From the NCBI GenBank assembly GCA_905199755.1, contig CAJKHT010000001.1:38812-102811 (forward strand): 64,000 nt of DNA, written 5' to 3'. This document shows, one piece after another, positions 60,709 to 64,000 of this stretch (its first letter is position 1; every line of letters starts with the position of its first letter). A model generated the notes under the pieces. It was not told where the DNA came from. It ran no database searches and saw only the letters and a program-made list of their open reading frames with translations. Source of the DNA: an uncultured Eubacteriales bacterium. Lineage in GTDB: Bacteria > Bacillota > Clostridia > UBA1381. The translations under genes were made by a program, and so were the position numbers.

Positions 60709-62298
60709 ATGTATAGGCTTCTTATAGTTGATGATGAACAGAGTATACGCAGCGGAATAATCAAAGGGAATCCATGGAATGAATGGGGATTTGAAATAGT
60801 CGGCGATGCTGCCGACGGCTTTGAAGCGCTGCGCATTATAGAGCAGACTGCTCCCGATGTTATACTTTCCGATATTCGTATGCCCAATATGGACGGTATT
60901 GAGCTTATGCAGTATGTAAACAAAAACTATCCTCAGATAAAAATGGTTATCTTGAGCGGCTACAGTGACTTTGAATATCTTAACATGTCAATAAAGCACC
61001 ATGTAACCGAATATCTTTTAAAGCCTACCGATATAGATGAATTTGAGGAGCTTTTTAAGCGCATAAAGCAAGAGCTTGACAAGGAAAGCACCGAGCGTGA
61101 GGCAATTGAAAAATTCCGCATTTCTCACCTCGACGCAACATTAAATACTATGATAAAAGGTTATGATGAATTTCTTATGAGTGATGATGTGAAATCACTC
61201 AACAGTTTTTCCATATACCCCGACAACTGCGTAATCGTAATGGTAGATGCTGAAGCCCCTGGCAGCGGGCATGATGCCGGGGACTTATTTGCCATGCGCC
61301 GCACAGTAATCGAATTTGCAAATTCCGTATCGCATCCCGATATTTCAGCACATTATTTCCTTAATTCCGTTGATGAAATAACGGGGATTTTAAGCGGCGA
61401 CAAAACATCCGACAAGGATTATGTACGGGAATATTTTTCTGCACTCGCCGCGCAAATAAAATATTACTGCAATATAAAAATATATGTAAGCGTAAGCCTT
61501 AAATGCGACAACGTTCTCATGCTTCCTCAATGCTTTGAGCAGGCTCTTAATCTTGCGCACAGAAAAGTTTTTGAGAATGATGAAATTACGGCATTTTACC
61601 GTGTACAGAAGAAAACCGACAGCCGTTTCCCCGATTTTATTTTTGATTATGATGCAATATGGCAAAACATCATAAAGGGCAATGCCGATGCGGTGTTTGC
61701 CGAGGTTGACCGTGTATTTTCACTTTTTGAGTCCGACTCCTCCATTGATTACAAAAATATAGAACAAATATGCATAGACTTTTTGTTTTTCCTGTCGCGC
61801 CGTTCAATGAAATTCAACATTTCGTTTGAGCAGATAATGGAGGAAAACGGAATACACTATGAGGATATTCGAAACACCGTAAATCTCGTTCGCAGAAAAG
61901 CCGTCATTACAGACTGTCTGAAAGCGCTGATTGACTGTATATCACAGTCAATGACACATAGCTCAAAAAGCTCATCCTTGGCACAGGTAATAAAGGATTT
62001 CTGTGACAAGGAATACATGGAAAATTATATTTCTCTGGAATATATTGCAGGAAAAGTAAGCAAGAGCGTTGCATATATATCCAAAATTTTTAAAGATGAA
62101 TTCGGGGTAAATTTCAGCGAATACATTATATCAAAGCGTCTGGAAAAGAGCCGTGAGTATCTTTTGGACAACTCTTTAAAAATTTATGAAATTGCCGATA
62201 AAATTGGGTATGTTGACGTTTCAAACTACATAAAACTGTTTAAAAAGCGTTACGGAATAAGTCCGGGTGACTACAGAAATTTTATACAGAGTCAGTAA
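60709..62298 (+). CDS. YesN-type response regulator (REC + AraC HTH output)
   Basis: Start re-set to MYRLLIVDDEQSIR. REC motifs (PDVILSDIRMPNMDG, LLKP); C-terminal HTH_AraC domain. Confidence 0.85.
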   Translation: MYRLLIVDDEQSIRSGIIKGNPWNEWGFEIVGDAADGFEALRIIEQTAPDVILSDIRMPNMDGIELMQYVNKNYPQIKMVILSGYSDFEYLNMSIKHHVTEYLLKPTDIDEFEELFKRIKQELDKESTEREAIEKFRISHLDATLNTMIKGYDEFLMSDDVKSLNSFSIYPDNCVIVMVDAEAPGSGHDAGDLFAMRRTVIEFANSVSHPDISAHYFLNSVDEITGILSGDKTSDKDYVREYFSALAAQIKYYCNIKIYVSVSLKCDNVLMLPQCFEQALNLAHRKVFENDEITAFYRVQKKTDSRFPDFIFDYDAIWQNIIKGNADAVFAEVDRVFSLFESDSSIDYKNIEQICIDFLFFLSRRSMKFNISFEQIMEENGIHYEDIRNTVNLVRRKAVITDCLKALIDCISQSMTHSSKSSSLAQVIKDFCDKEYMENYISLEYIAGKVSKSVAYISKIFKDEFGVNFSEYIISKRLEKSREYLLDNSLKIYEIADKIGYVDVSNYIKLFKKRYGISPGDYRNFIQSQ

Positions 62299-62317
62299 TT
62301 CCCGAAAGGATATGAGT

Positions 62318-64000
62318 ATGAAACATAAAAAATATATCAGCTTTCCCGCAAAGATTACAATTTTTATAGCATCTTTTCTGACCATGCTGTTTATAATGAT
62401 TTCAGTGATGTTTTTTCTTTCACGGTCGCAGATGAAGCAAGAGGCATACAAGCGGCTTGATTTCAGCGCAAATGAAATCAGCACCTCGATTGATGATACA
62501 ATTTTAAACATTTACAGTGTTTCCGACACCTTTGCCGCTGACAGCAGACTGGTTGAATACACCAAGGATGATTTTACGGGAAAGCCGATTGAAAAGCGCA
62601 AAACAACCGTTCAGATTACCAATCAGCTTTTTGCATCATATGATTTACTACAGCATAATTCCAAAATGGTAGCGTTCTACAATCAAAAAGGCGAATTATT
62701 TAATTTTCTTGATCCCAACAATGCGGATGAAGCGTGCAAGCAAAAACTTAACGAGCTTGATATAAACAACAAGGACAAGCTGGCACGCTTTTTCTGGTAC
62801 AGTGTACGCGACAATTTTTTCCGTCTTGACAAAACACAGGATATTCGCAGCGATATGGCTGTAATCGGCTCAAGACGCGTATTTTCGCGCACACAAAATT
62901 CATATGTTGGTGTACACATTTTTGCGCTCAGCGAAGAAACGCTTTACAATCAGTACAAAAGTGTTGCCGACGAATACAATGCCGATATTTATGTAATCGA
63001 CTCCTCGGGTAATCTCTTTTCTTCAAGCAATATCGAAGCACTGAAGTCCGGGGAAATAGACAAAAATCTTTGCAGTCTCGTACTTAACCGCACTTATGAC
63101 CGTTTTAATTACGGCAATAATGTTGTAAGTGTGGGCGCGTCACACGTAAATGACTGGCTTGTAGTGATTTGCGCCCCCATAAGCAGTGTAACCGCGGTCA
63201 TTGATAAGCTGTACAACTGGATATTCTGGCTTATTTTTGCTGCCGTCATATTTGCAAGCGTCATGATTTATGTAATATACAAGCGCTTTATGAGCCCCAT
63301 TTCCAAGCTTAATGCATCAATGCAGCGCGCTCATGACGGTGATTTGAGTGCATATGTTTCGGATGACAGCAACAACGAGCTCGGGCAGATGATAGATAAT
63401 TATAATGCGCTGCTGTCAAGTATTAACTACAATATAAAAGAAAAGCTTAGTCTTGACAAGCACAAGCGTGAGCTTGAAATGGAGGTGCTGATGAATCAGA
63501 TAAATCCTCATTTTCTGTATAACACGCTTGAAACAATAGTATGGAAGTCATCGGAGGCAGGCCGTCCCGATATCGGAAGAATTGCCGCCTCTCTGGGACA
63601 TATGTACCGCTTATCAGTGGCACAGAGTTCGGTATTTGTTTCAATTAAGCATGAGCTGGAGCATGTAAACACATATATTAAAATACAGAAAAACCGTTAT
63701 CAGGACAAATTTGTCTTTGAGACACGTGCGGATAACAACGCGCTTATTTCATATTATACACCGAAAATCCTTATCCAGCCGATTGTTGAAAATTCACTGA
63801 GCTACGGAATGGACGGACTTAACAGGCAATTGCAGATACGAATAAGCGTGCGTATTCTTGAAAATTCCATAAAGATACAGATAACCGACAACGGCAACGG
63901 CATGAACCGCGAGGAATTGTCGGCTGTACGAGAGCAGCTGCTAACAGGTATAAAGGCAGAGACAAAAAAGCCATCCATGAAAAAGAGTACGGGACTCGGA
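62318..64000 (+). CDS. YesM-type sensor histidine kinase, 3'-truncated by the window end
   Basis: My own translation: MKHKKYISFPAKITIFIASFL (TM1)... second TM ...HAMP-like region... H-box NQINPHFLYNTLETI; QPIVENSLSYG; ITDNGNGM; ends ...STGLG at 64000. Not in the ORF track because it has no stop in the window. Confidence 0.85.
   Translation, partial: MKHKKYISFPAKITIFIASFLTMLFIMISVMFFLSRSQMKQEAYKRLDFSANEISTSIDDTILNIYSVSDTFAADSRLVEYTKDDFTGKPIEKRKTTVQITNQLFASYDLLQHNSKMVAFYNQKGELFNFLDPNNADEACKQKLNELDINNKDKLARFFWYSVRDNFFRLDKTQDIRSDMAVIGSRRVFSRTQNSYVGVHIFALSEETLYNQYKSVADEYNADIYVIDSSGNLFSSSNIEALKSGEIDKNLCSLVLNRTYDRFNYGNNVVSVGASHVNDWLVVICAPISSVTAVIDKLYNWIFWLIFAAVIFASVMIYVIYKRFMSPISKLNASMQRAHDGDLSAYVSDDSNNELGQMIDNYNALLSSINYNIKEKLSLDKHKRELEMEVLMNQINPHFLYNTLETIVWKSSEAGRPDIGRIAASLGHMYRLSVAQSSVFVSIKHELEHVNTYIKIQKNRYQDKFVFETRADNNALISYYTPKILIQPIVENSLSYGMDGLNRQLQIRISVRILENSIKIQITDNGNGMNREELSAVREQLLTGIKAETKKPSMKKSTGLG

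Overview
This 64-kb window looks like a chromosomal segment of an endospore-forming Clostridia-class Firmicute. That call rests on a complete spoIIIAA-AH operon, spoVT, spoVAC, ylmC/ymxH, SLH-domain wall proteins, and Gram-positive GGAGG-type RBSs with TTGACA-17-TATAAT promoters. I support about 55 protein-coding genes and found no rRNA, tRNA, CRISPR array, transposase, integrase or prophage genes. Core content: a ParE/ParC-like type IIA topoisomerase pair, ruvC, recD2, prfB with its programmed +1 frameshift, smpB, nadB-nadC-niaR, and a Cd/Zn-type P-type ATPase. Accessory content is carbohydrate-active: three intact divergent AraC-plus-glycosidase pairs (GH2, GH13, GH109-like) and the deletion scar of a fourth (AraC with an in-frame TAG plus a GH30 fragment). 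There is also a split SGNH esterase next to uxaC. At the 3' end sits a locus with a 1392-aa secreted metallophosphoesterase-FN3-LamG protein, divergent from a PL8 lyase, a GH112 phosphorylase and a YesN/YesM-type two-component system. My best candidates for something undescribed are (i) that PL8/GH112/giant-phosphoesterase locus and (ii) the DUF3793-flavodoxin module with its elaborately palindromic leader. Neither is proven, and I found no convincing defence-type or mobile system. All calls come from reading the sequence and from remembered family motifs; no database search was run. The ORF track contains many antisense shadow ORFs and several N-terminal over-extensions that run through promoters, which I corrected where an RBS or promoter supported it.
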